Shown here in pieces: positions 8,226 through 16,780 of a stretch of DNA of 59,205 nt. The notes beneath the pieces are model-generated. The model saw nothing but the letters and a program-made list of their open reading frames with translations, ran no database searches and was not told the origin of the DNA. The stretch lies in assembly GCA_964347945.1 (NCBI GenBank), contig CAYGAW010000053.1:1-59205 (forward strand). Reading direction: 5' to 3'. This stretch comes from an uncultured Anaerolineales bacterium (GTDB lineage: Bacteria > Chloroflexota > Anaerolineae > UBA7937 > B3-Chlor). A program made the position numbers and the translations under genes. Every line of letters begins with the position of its first letter. Positions within the stretch are counted from its first letter, which is position 1.

Positions 8226-10478
8226 GTGGAAACCAAGGAAAGGATCTTGATAATCGAAGACAGCGAAGACGTCGTCACCTTTCTGACCGAGAGCATCCTC
8301 CACCCCAACGGCTACGACACCTTAGTGTCCCGCGATGGCAAGGACGGTCTGCGCCGAGCACTGGGAGACCGACCCGATCTGATCCTCCTGGACCTGAATC
8401 TGCCGCGTATGACCGGTATGGAGATCCTCAAAGTCCTCCACAAGAGGGGGACTCACACACCGGTGATCTTGATGACGTTCTATGGGTCGGAGGAGATCGC
8501 TGTGGAGGCCTTCCGCCTCGGTGTGAAGAACTACATAGTCAAGCCATTCAAGCCCCGGGAGGTTATCGACGCCGTCGAGGATGCTCTGGCTGAGGGCCGC
8601 CTGCGCCAGGAAAAGGAACGGCTCACCGAAGAGCTGATGCGCACCAACAAGCAGCTGGAGCACCGAGTCCACGAACTGACCTTGCTGTACGAGATCACGC
8701 AGTCCATGGCGAAGCTCATGGACTTGGAGACCTTGCTCTCCCGAATGGTTGAGGCGTCGGTTTTTCTGAGCAAAGCAGATGAGGGTATGCTCTTCCTCCT
8801 AGATACGGAAACGGACGAGCTATACCTCAGAGCTGCCAAGGGAGTGGGCGAGAAATACGCCCGGGGATTGCGGCTGAGGGCCGAAGACAGCCTCATTGGC
8901 AAGGTAGTGCGCAGCGGCGAACCGTTACGTGTAGCAAGCGCCGAGGATCGTCTGCAGCTAAAGGTCAAGACCGGCTACCTCGTCAACTCGCTCCTCTATG
9001 TTCCCCTGAAGTTACGAAACGAGATCAGGGGTGTGCTTGGGGTATCCAACCGGGTCAGCGACAAGGCATTCTCTTCCGCTGATCAACATCGCCTCAGCAT
9101 CCTCGCTGACCACGCCGTCATCGCGTTGGAGAACGCTCGCCTCTATGAAGCGGAGCAGCGCCGCGCGCTCCAGATGGCGATGACCAGTCACCTCAGTCAA
9201 AGGATCAGCTCCATCCTCGACATTGAAGCTCTCCTCTCCGAGGTAGTGGAACTCCTCAAGCAGAGTTTCGGCTTCTACTACGTACAAATCCTGCTACGGC
9301 ATGAGCCAGGCCAACTCGTCATGCGTGAGGGGACCGGCGAGACAGGACAGAGCATCAAGGACAGCTTGTACCAGGTGGCCATTGATGACCAAACCGTTGT
9401 CGGCTGGGCAGCCAATCACGGTGAGACCCTGTGTGTGAACAGTGTGCAGCAGGAGCCACGATTTCGCACCCATGAACTGTTGCCAGCCACGATGGCGGAA
9501 CTGGCCGTTCCTCTCAGGTCAGGGAACGAACTGATCGGCGTTCTGGATATCCTCAGCGATCAAGAGGGGGCCTTCGATTTCGACGATGAGACCATACTGC
9601 AAATGCTGGGGGACCAGATAGCTGTTGCCATACAGAATGCGTCTTCGTACCAACGGCTGAGAAAACAGGCAGAGCTACTCAATACCTTGACCCATATCCC
9701 GACTACCACAGCCTCTGCCGAGATTGTGGATGAGATAGTCAAGAAACTGATGGAAGGCATCAACGGCATCCTGCCTGTGGAAGCTGGCTCCTTGCTTCTC
9801 ATAGACGATGCCGCTAAGGAGTTGGAGTTCAAGATAACCCTACACGGACGCAGAGAGAAGTTGGCACAATTCCGGCTGGAGCTGGGACAGGGCATCGCTG
9901 GCTGGGTGGCCGAGCACGGAGAGCCACTGCTGGTGGACGACGTGACGGAGGATCCTCGCTACTATCCCCAGATAGCCCAAGCCATCGGCTTCGAGGCTCG
10001 ATCGATCCTCTGCGTCCCCCTCAAGACGAAGCAGCGAGTCATCGGCGTCATCGAGCTGATTAATAGGCTAGGCAGAGGTGCTGACACTCGCTTCACTCAG
10101 GATGATCTGGAGATTCTCACGGCGCTCGCCGCCCCGATAGCCTCGGCGCTCGACAGTGCAAGACTCCAGAAGACAGGACAAGGGGAAATCACTCACGCGC
10201 AGAGAGAGACCCTTGCATCGATGTCCCAATATCTCTATAAGCCCCTGAAGGCCTTTGCTACAAACACGTACGCGCTCAAAGTCGCCATCGAGAGAGGAAC
10301 CGTCGCTTGTACCGATGACACGCTGGAGCAACTGCTCACCTCCATGGAACGTAGAATAGCGCAAATGGCCTCGTTCGCTCAGCTCCTAAGTACGTTGTCC
10401 TCCCCTGACAGTAGCCCCCAGGACTGGGTCAGTATCGAGCAAACGCTGGAAAGGTTCAGAGCCAAGTACGATTCCTAG
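8226..10478 (+). CDS. response-regulator receiver protein with three GAF domains and a C-terminal His-less HisKA-like helical domain
   Basis: REC motifs IIEDSED, LILLDLNLP, PVILMT, VKPFK. Three GAF-like blocks, each ending in an ...ARLYE/SSYQRL/ARLQ helix. C-terminus SMSQYLYKPLKAF replaces the SHELRTPL H-box. No HATPase domain. Confidence 0.85.
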   Translation: METKERILIIEDSEDVVTFLTESILHPNGYDTLVSRDGKDGLRRALGDRPDLILLDLNLPRMTGMEILKVLHKRGTHTPVILMTFYGSEEIAVEAFRLGVKNYIVKPFKPREVIDAVEDALAEGRLRQEKERLTEELMRTNKQLEHRVHELTLLYEITQSMAKLMDLETLLSRMVEASVFLSKADEGMLFLLDTETDELYLRAAKGVGEKYARGLRLRAEDSLIGKVVRSGEPLRVASAEDRLQLKVKTGYLVNSLLYVPLKLRNEIRGVLGVSNRVSDKAFSSADQHRLSILADHAVIALENARLYEAEQRRALQMAMTSHLSQRISSILDIEALLSEVVELLKQSFGFYYVQILLRHEPGQLVMREGTGETGQSIKDSLYQVAIDDQTVVGWAANHGETLCVNSVQQEPRFRTHELLPATMAELAVPLRSGNELIGVLDILSDQEGAFDFDDETILQMLGDQIAVAIQNASSYQRLRKQAELLNTLTHIPTTTASAEIVDEIVKKLMEGINGILPVEAGSLLLIDDAAKELEFKITLHGRREKLAQFRLELGQGIAGWVAEHGEPLLVDDVTEDPRYYPQIAQAIGFEARSILCVPLKTKQRVIGVIELINRLGRGADTRFTQDDLEILTALAAPIASALDSARLQKTGQGEITHAQRETLASMSQYLYKPLKAFATNTYALKVAIERGTVACTDDTLEQLLTSMERRIAQMASFAQLLSTLSSPDSSPQDWVSIEQTLERFRAKYDS

Positions 10479-10785
10479 AGCTGCTATCGTCGGCGGACGC
10501 CGAACCGATTGGTCGCCCACTTGCTGATGACGGATCAGTACATCATCTCTCACTTCCCAGACTCCCGAGGCCGATCAGAAAAGCGGCTTGCCCCTCGCGG
10601 CCGTGCAGCGATTCCGGCGCCTCGCGTACGGGCGACCTGTCGAGCCCGATGAGCGTGCTAGAACCTCGGAATGGAGTTGACGGCAGCAAACCGGGAGGAG
10701 AGACTATCCCCATGAAGGGGGCTTGGAAGGTTTTCATGACTGGCGGGCCGTCCAGCGCCGTCATCTTGAGTGAAGGCTCTACGCC

Positions 10786-11739
10786 ATGCATAATGCGATA
10801 ACGGACGTACCAGGTGTCAAGGTAGGACACTATACCGACCTCCAAGCTGCCACGGGCTGCACCGTGCTCCTTTTCGAGGAAGGAGCCGTGGGCGGGGTGG
10901 AAGTCCGCGGCGCGGCCCCTGGAACACGGGAGACGGACCTACTTCGCCCCCTGCGTCTTGTCCAGCGTGCACATGCTGTCCTGCTGGCTGGCGGTTCGGC
11001 TTTTGGACTGGACGCCGCCACCGGAGTGATGCGCTATCTGGAGGAGAGGAACATCGGCTTCGACACCAGGGTTGTGAAAGTGCCCATCGTACCGGCCGCC
11101 GCTCTATTCGATCTTGATCTCGGCGACCCATCGGTTAGGCCAAATTCTGACGGCGGCTACCAGGCGTGTCTTGCCGCTGTCGCTAGTCCGCCGCCCGAGG
11201 GCAATGTGGGCGCAGGGACGGGCGCCACCGTGGGGAAATTGCTGGGTCTTTCCCAGGCCATGAAAGGAGGGCTCGGAACTGCCAGCCAGGAGATGGGAGA
11301 GGGACTTGTGGTGGGAGCTCTGGTGGCGGTCAACTGCTTGGGCGATGTTGTGGATCCCAAGACAGGCCAGATACTGGCCGGGGCACGCCACCCCGAGGCC
11401 GGGGGCTTCCTCAACTCCTCAGAGGCAATAAAGCAGTGGTCTGCACACACCACATCGCCCTTTGCTAACACCACCATCGGTGTCGTGGCCACTAACGCCC
11501 GTCTGAGCAAGGAGGAGACCAACAAGCTTGCTCAACTCGCCTTGGATGGTTACAGTCACGCCATCCGCCCCACCACGATGTACGATGGCGACGCACTCTT
11601 CGCCTTCTCCGCAGGTGACAAGGTGGCCGACCTCTCCGCTATCGGCGCTGCAGGCTCCGAGGCGGTGGCCGAGGCCATAGTGCGCGCCATCAAGACGGCC
11701 AAGTCCCTACACGGCATTCCCGCTCACAGAGACATCTAG
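10786..11739 (+). CDS. P1/S58 family peptidase (DmpA-like L-aminopeptidase/D-esterase)
   Basis: NAITDVPGVKVGHYTD N-terminus and the GTTIGVVATNARLSKEE-type nucleophile region. Confidence 0.85.
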   Translation: MHNAITDVPGVKVGHYTDLQAATGCTVLLFEEGAVGGVEVRGAAPGTRETDLLRPLRLVQRAHAVLLAGGSAFGLDAATGVMRYLEERNIGFDTRVVKVPIVPAAALFDLDLGDPSVRPNSDGGYQACLAAVASPPPEGNVGAGTGATVGKLLGLSQAMKGGLGTASQEMGEGLVVGALVAVNCLGDVVDPKTGQILAGARHPEAGGFLNSSEAIKQWSAHTTSPFANTTIGVVATNARLSKEETNKLAQLALDGYSHAIRPTTMYDGDALFAFSAGDKVADLSAIGAAGSEAVAEAIVRAIKTAKSLHGIPAHRDI

Positions 11740-11756
11740 CGCCTCTGTCGAAGCCC

Positions 11757-11786
11757 TTGACACAAGAGAGGCGAGCAGGCTATAAT
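11757..11786 (+). promoter_or_regulatory. consensus sigma-70 promoter TTGACA-18-TATAAT
   Basis: TTGACA 11757..11762, TATAAT 11781..11786, about 100 nt upstream of the GTG at 11888. Confidence 0.6.
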
Positions 11787-11887
11787 TGGTGCCGCCGGTG
11801 GGATCGTTGTCAAGAGAAGGCAGTCTCAGCACACGTCTGTGCTCGCCCTTGCAGAATCTCTAGTCCGAGCCAAAGGGAGTTGCAGAA

Positions 11888-13123
11888 GTGGAGACCAGAG
11901 AAAGAATCCTCATCATCGAGGACAGCCAGGACATCATCGACTTCCTCACTGACACCATCCTCAGCCCACGTGGCTACGAGCCTGTGGTGGCGACCAGCGG
12001 CCAGGAGGGTCTAGGCCGAGCTGTGGACGATCCACCGCATCTAATAATCCTCGACTTGAATCTGCCCCATATGACCGGCATGGAGGTTCTCCGTGGGCTG
12101 CACGAGACAGTTCCCACCATTCCCGTACTGCTGATGATCTTCTCGGGTTCTGAGGAAATCGCGGTAGAGGCCTTCCGTCTCGGTGTCAAGAACTATGTGC
12201 TGAAGCCTCTCAAGCCCAATGAGGTCCTCCAGGCGATCGACCACGCCCTGCGCGAGACCAGACTGCGGCGCGAGAAGGAATTGCTGACTGAGGAGTTGAT
12301 GCGGACCAACAAGCAGCTGGACCAGCGCGTTCGCGAACTGACCCTGCTGTACGAGATAACGCAGGCTATGACCAGCTCGCTTGACTTGGAGACGCTGCTC
12401 TCCCGAGTCGTCGAGGCTTCCGTATTCCTGACCAAAGCCGATGAAGGAATGCTGTTCCTCATAGACGAGCTAACAGGTGACCTATACCTCCGAGCCGCTA
12501 AGGGTGTCGGAGACAAACGTGCGTCCATGCTCCTGCTGCCGGCGCGCGATAGCCTCATTGGACAGGTGGCCAAAACGGGAGAACCGCTCCGGATCGCTAG
12601 CACTGATCCTCGCCTGGATTTCACGGTTAAGACAGGCTACATGGTCAATTCCCTTCTTTATGTGCCTTTGAAGCTCCGTGGAGTCACCAAGGGTGTACTG
12701 GCGGTCTCGAACCGCATAAGCGATCGAGCGTTCACCCGCACCGATCAGAGCCGCATGGATCTGCTGGCCGATCACGCCGTGATAGCCCTTGAAACCGCCA
12801 AACTCTACCAAACGACGAGAGAACAGATGTCCAACACCTTCGGAGATACGCTGAATGCCCTTTCCCAATACGCCTACGAGCCCTTGAAGGCCTTTGCTGC
12901 GGACACATACGCACTGAAGGCCAATGCAGAAAAGGGAATCATCTTCTGCGTCGATGACACACTGAACCAACTGCTCAACTCCATGGAGCGCAGGATAGAG
13001 CAAATGGCCTCCCTAACAGAAATCCTCAGTGGACTGGCCTCCCTGGATAGCACCGCCGAGGACTGGAAAGACCTCGAGCACAGGTTCGAGAACCTCAAGG
13101 CGAGATACCCCTCCTATCAGTGA
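11888..13123 (+). CDS. response-regulator receiver protein with one GAF domain and a C-terminal His-less HisKA-like domain (paralog of 8226..10478)
   Basis: Collinear with the longer paralog in REC, linker (EELMRTNKQL...ELTLLYEITQ), GAF1 and the C-terminal block (ALSQYAYEPLKAFAADTYALK...NSMERRIEQMAS). Confidence 0.85.
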   Translation: METRERILIIEDSQDIIDFLTDTILSPRGYEPVVATSGQEGLGRAVDDPPHLIILDLNLPHMTGMEVLRGLHETVPTIPVLLMIFSGSEEIAVEAFRLGVKNYVLKPLKPNEVLQAIDHALRETRLRREKELLTEELMRTNKQLDQRVRELTLLYEITQAMTSSLDLETLLSRVVEASVFLTKADEGMLFLIDELTGDLYLRAAKGVGDKRASMLLLPARDSLIGQVAKTGEPLRIASTDPRLDFTVKTGYMVNSLLYVPLKLRGVTKGVLAVSNRISDRAFTRTDQSRMDLLADHAVIALETAKLYQTTREQMSNTFGDTLNALSQYAYEPLKAFAADTYALKANAEKGIIFCVDDTLNQLLNSMERRIEQMASLTEILSGLASLDSTAEDWKDLEHRFENLKARYPSYQ

Positions 13124-13136
13124 GCGCTCTTCGGAG

Positions 13137-13925
13137 ATGGTCAAACAATCTGCCTCCAACATCCTGGCTATCGACATAGGCAACACCAACACCGTCTTGG
13201 GTGTGTACAACGGCGACGAACTGATCGCCTATTGGCGAATGGCCACCGCCTTGCACAGGATGGCTGATGAGAACGCCGTTCTACTGGACTCCTTGTTCCG
13301 TCACGCAGGCCTTTCGTTCTCCGACATCCACGACGGTATTCTCTCCTGTGTTGTGCCTCCGCTCCTGCCCGTCTTTCAGGAGATGTGCCAAAGATACATG
13401 GACTTCACCCCTCTGGTAATCGAGCCAGGCACGAAGACGGGGATGAGGATTCTCTACGACAACCCTCAGGAGGTGGGAGCCGACCGTATCGTCAACGCCG
13501 TGGCAGCGAAGCAATTGTACGGAACGCCTCTTATCGTCATCGACTTCGGCACCGCCACCACTTTTGACGCCATCTCCGCTGAAGGCGATTACCTAGGCGG
13601 GGCGATCGCCCCAGGAGTCAACGTTGCCGCCGAAGCCCTCGCTGCGCGGGCGGCCAAGCTGCCCCACATTGAGTTGGCCGTGCCCCCACGGGCCATCGGC
13701 AGAAACACCATCGCCAGCATGCAGTCTGGCATTATGTACGGGTATGTCAGCCTAGTCGAAGGAATGGTGGCCCGCTTGAAGGAGGAACTGGTCGGTGACG
13801 CCCATGTCGTGGCCACCGGCGGCCTGGCCCCGATCATAGCCCGACACACCCCCGTCATAGACGACGTGAACCAGAACCTTACCTTGCAAGGACTGAGGCT
13901 CCTGTACAAGCTCAATCGGTCCTAA
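13137..13925 (+). CDS. coaX: type III pantothenate kinase
   Basis: LAIDIGNTNTVLGVY, GADRIVNAVAA and VIDFGTATTFD motifs. Start moved to ATG 13137 (MVKQSASN); the upstream part of the ORF is Arg/Ser-rich junk. Confidence 0.9.
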   Translation: MVKQSASNILAIDIGNTNTVLGVYNGDELIAYWRMATALHRMADENAVLLDSLFRHAGLSFSDIHDGILSCVVPPLLPVFQEMCQRYMDFTPLVIEPGTKTGMRILYDNPQEVGADRIVNAVAAKQLYGTPLIVIDFGTATTFDAISAEGDYLGGAIAPGVNVAAEALAARAAKLPHIELAVPPRAIGRNTIASMQSGIMYGYVSLVEGMVARLKEELVGDAHVVATGGLAPIIARHTPVIDDVNQNLTLQGLRLLYKLNRS

Positions 13926-14042
13926 ACCCGCTCTCGCCCTACGGACAGCACCCCTGTATCCCTTTCAATGCCCATCCCGACACCCGCCCTTCGCCCGTCT
14001 GCTCTCACCCTTCCCGGAGATCCAAGTGATTTGGTATGGGAT

Positions 14043-14056
14043 GGAACATATGTTCT
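14043..14056. promoter_or_regulatory. LexA (Cheo-type) box GGAACATATGTTCT
   Basis: Perfect GAAC-N4-GTTC palindrome in the coaX / 14198-gene spacer. Same core as the box at recA. Confidence 0.5.
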
Positions 14057-14134
14057 AGACGACTATGTTTGGCTGGTCCTCCTGCGCCGTTGTTCATGCG
14101 CGACCGATTAGTAGCCCTCCGACGCAGCGCCTGC

Positions 14135-14164
14135 TTGACCAGAGGCCGGCTAAGGCGCTACAAT
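14135..14164 (+). promoter_or_regulatory. candidate sigma-70 promoter TTGACC-18-TACAAT
   Basis: TTGACC 14135..14140, TACAAT 14159..14164, about 35 nt upstream of ATG 14198. Confidence 0.45.
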
Positions 14165-14197
14165 CTTCGAGGTGTGCGCCATCCGGCTCAGGGGCAA

Positions 14198-14959
14198 ATG
14201 CGGCAGATGTGGTCGGCGAACTATCAGTTCCGTACCTTCTCCGTGGGTGACCAGGAAGTACCAGCAGTGATGCTGGGAACGTCTCCCTTCATCGGTGCAG
14301 GTCAATTCGGCAAGAAGGCCGAGTTCTACTACAACCGATTCTTCCTTCAGCCAGAGAACATCATCGACATCGTAGTGCGCGCCGTCGAGTTGGGAGTGAA
14401 CGCCGTACAGGTCATAGCCTACCACCAGGTGCTAGAAGCTGTCCATGAGGCGGCGAAGAGGACGCGCACCGAGTTGTTTCTCATGGGAACGGTGGGCCTG
14501 GGCAGCATCGAGCGGGAGATTCGGATGGTGCTCGACGTCGGTGCTCAAGGCGTGTTAGTCCACGGAAGTCTAGCTGACAGGGACATGCCCTTCGCCTGCC
14601 AGCACCTGGCAAAGCTCAGAGAGCAAGGACTGGTCACTGGCATCGCCACCCACAGACCAGGGATGACCATCCCCCGTGTCGAGGAGATGGAAGAGGTAGC
14701 GTTGATCCTCTCTCCCTTCAACAAACTTGGCAGATTCATGGACCCTTCAGTGGACTCTACCTTGCAGGCTATCGAAAGCACCTCCAAGCCAATCATCGCT
14801 ATGAAGCCGCTGGCTGCCGGCAGGTTGTCCCCGCAAGAAGGTCTGGCTTATCTCCCGGGCAAGCTCGCGGGCGTCGCTGTGGGGATCGCGTCAGTGAAGG
14901 AGGCGGAGGAGACCTTTGCGGTGGCGAAGAGGTACTTCCCCCCATCCCCCACAGCGTAG
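14198..14959 (+). CDS. hypothetical protein, alternating beta/alpha pattern suggestive of a TIM-barrel-like enzyme
   Basis: ORF track 14036..14959. Start moved to MRQMWSANYQ (ATG 14198 or 14207) because the upstream part is Arg-rich and overlaps the promoter. No family motif recognised. Confidence 0.6.
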   Translation: MRQMWSANYQFRTFSVGDQEVPAVMLGTSPFIGAGQFGKKAEFYYNRFFLQPENIIDIVVRAVELGVNAVQVIAYHQVLEAVHEAAKRTRTELFLMGTVGLGSIEREIRMVLDVGAQGVLVHGSLADRDMPFACQHLAKLREQGLVTGIATHRPGMTIPRVEEMEEVALILSPFNKLGRFMDPSVDSTLQAIESTSKPIIAMKPLAAGRLSPQEGLAYLPGKLAGVAVGIASVKEAEETFAVAKRYFPPSPTA

Positions 14960-15484
14960 CGCCGTAAGTGGCAAGCAGGCTCAGCGGCCCGCAACGCGCA
15001 CGGAAGGCTGCGAGTAGCGGTAGCAATCTCCGACTTCTGTGGCACCCAGCGACATTAGCCGCTCATGACCCTGGTAAGGCGCCCATCTCGGACGGCTTCC
15101 CTGCTACGGGTTGACACCCGCCACACCATGGCCGTCGCCCGACCGACCGCACTGATCCTGGCCTTGGCCTCGCATTCGCCTACCGCCCTCCACCCACGGG
15201 GCCACCTTCTCGGTGCCACCCTGCCTATCTGGCCTGGGGGGACGCTACCAGGCTTCGAGGAACCGAGATAACGCCCGGGAAGCTTCAGCACCTTTCTCAG
15301 AGCAGTGCTTGCCCACATGCACCTCGTCGCGAGCCCCACTCCCAGGAGAAGGTGAGCGTGCGACCGCCGAAAATGGGTCAGGCTAGCGATAGACAGCCAA
15401 CACTGCCACAGGGGAGCAACCAGCCCCTTTCCGCCCCAATAACGTGAGGCCCGGGGCTGAGGCACAATGGAACAGCCAGCCGCC

Positions 15485-16231
15485 CTACTCTCTCTGCTTC
15501 GCCGTTCGGGCCAGTAGAAAGATGCTGGGCGCTAGCTTCAGAGAGGCGGTGGCTCCTTGGAGACGAGCATCTATCGCCACCAGCCAGGAAGAGGGAAGCA
15601 ATCGCTTGAAGAAACCCAGGCGCAGCGAGGACACCGCCAACGCCCTCTCCATGTGGAAACCACTCTCTCTCAATCCTTCATCGATGTATGAGGGGTGGAA
15701 GTTGAAGTGGAGCGGCGCATACTCCACAGGATCGGCTGAGAAGGGCTCACGCTGGGATCGCCCCAGCAAGTAGCGGAATATCTCCTTCAGATTCCGCTTG
15801 TTGGCGTACTCGAGGATGTATCTTGCCTCGGGACGAAGGATGCGGTGGATTTCGGCGAAAGCAGCGGGCACGTTGGTCAGGTGGTGCAGCACCCTTACAG
15901 TGAGGGCAACGTCGAAAGCCCCGGTGACGAGGGGCAGCCGATACACATCGCCCACCACATAGACGAACCTTCCGTCCTCCCCACACCGCCTCTGGGCCTC
16001 GCGCAACTGAGATTCGGCCGGATCGAGCAGTACCACCTGCTGGTATCCCTCATAGAGATCGGCCAGGCGCCCAAAGGCAGCCCCTATCTCCACCAGGCGG
16101 CCGCCGCGCGGGGGCAGGAGCTTCCTCAGGGCCACCCGCTCAACGGCATCTTCGTAGTCACGCGCAACCCAGAATTCGCCCCGGTAGTCGTATCCTTCGT
16201 AGTCGCACAGGGGTGGAGAGGTCTCGCCCAT
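15485..16231 (-). CDS. class I SAM-dependent methyltransferase
   Basis: LVEIGAAFGRLADLY (motif I), VVLLDPAESQL, GAFDVALTVRVLHHL. Confidence 0.8.
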   Translation of the reverse strand: MGETSPPLCDYEGYDYRGEFWVARDYEDAVERVALRKLLPPRGGRLVEIGAAFGRLADLYEGYQQVVLLDPAESQLREAQRRCGEDGRFVYVVGDVYRLPLVTGAFDVALTVRVLHHLTNVPAAFAEIHRILRPEARYILEYANKRNLKEIFRYLLGRSQREPFSADPVEYAPLHFNFHPSYIDEGLRESGFHMERALAVSSLRLGFFKRLLPSSWLVAIDARLQGATASLKLAPSIFLLARTAKQRE

Positions 16232-16254
16232 GTTTCACGTGCAACATTCAATAG

Positions 16255-16760
16255 CTACTTCCGACACCCCGCCAGCACCCAAGGAAACGGATAGTAGACC
16301 CTCTCCACGTCCAAGCACCCTCTGACCATCCTCCACAACTCACCTGCGCTCCACCTATGCAAGTGCTCAGGATCATTCCCCCAGCCCCGTCCATTCTTGC
16401 CCTGCAGGAACTTGCACAGCATGAAGAGCGGCTCGTTGGCAACGCTGATCAAACACCGGCACCTACTCACCCCCCCAACTCCCACAAAGCCGGCGTCAGA
16501 TCCACCAGATCCCCCACCACCTCGAGGCAAAGACCCGACTCCAAGCTCTCGTCTGCGCAAGCACGTCTCCTGATGTCTTCCATCTGGAAGAAGATCTCAG
16601 CATGCTTCGCTTTGGCTTGCGTGAGCGCCGCAAAGTCAGAGTCCACCCCCTGCATCGGCAGATCCCCATCGACACTCACCAATCGATATGCGGTGCCCCC
16701 TTCCCCACAACCCACATCGAGGATGCTGTCCGCACCGCTCATGGCCACCAATTCCGCCAC
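16255..16760 (-). pseudogene. class I SAM-dependent methyltransferase disrupted by a frameshift in a G7 run
   Basis: ORF 16467..16760 (ILDVGCGEGG...LWELGG*) stops directly at the C7 run 16470..16476. ORF 16255..16560 continues in another frame through the same run (GGVSRCRCLISVANEP...). Confidence 0.55.
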
Positions 16761-16780
16761 TCGATGGTGGAAATGCCAGA

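Noticed and set aside
10712-10801. 29-aa uORF (MKGAWKVFMTGGPSSAVILSEGSTPCIMR) overlapping the dmpA-like start
   Set aside because: The SD-like GGGAGGAG is 11 nt away (long), the peptide has no features, and conservation cannot be tested here. It is insufficient for a feature call.
13029-13136. Upstream extension of the coaX ORF (similar extensions at 14036, 18066, 48627..48662 and 49549..49659)
   Set aside because: The extensions overlap neighbouring genes or promoters and lack protein-like composition. Internal ATGs with good SDs give canonical N-termini.
14960-15484. RNase P RNA / tmRNA / SRP RNA in the long convergent spacer
   Set aside because: The hallmark strings (GGAAAGUCCGGGCU and ACAGAACCCGGCUUA; the tRNA-like 3' end with GGUUCGA..CCACCA; the SRP GGAA/AGCA domain IV loops) were not found on either strand. 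The spacer is left as an unclassified candidate only.
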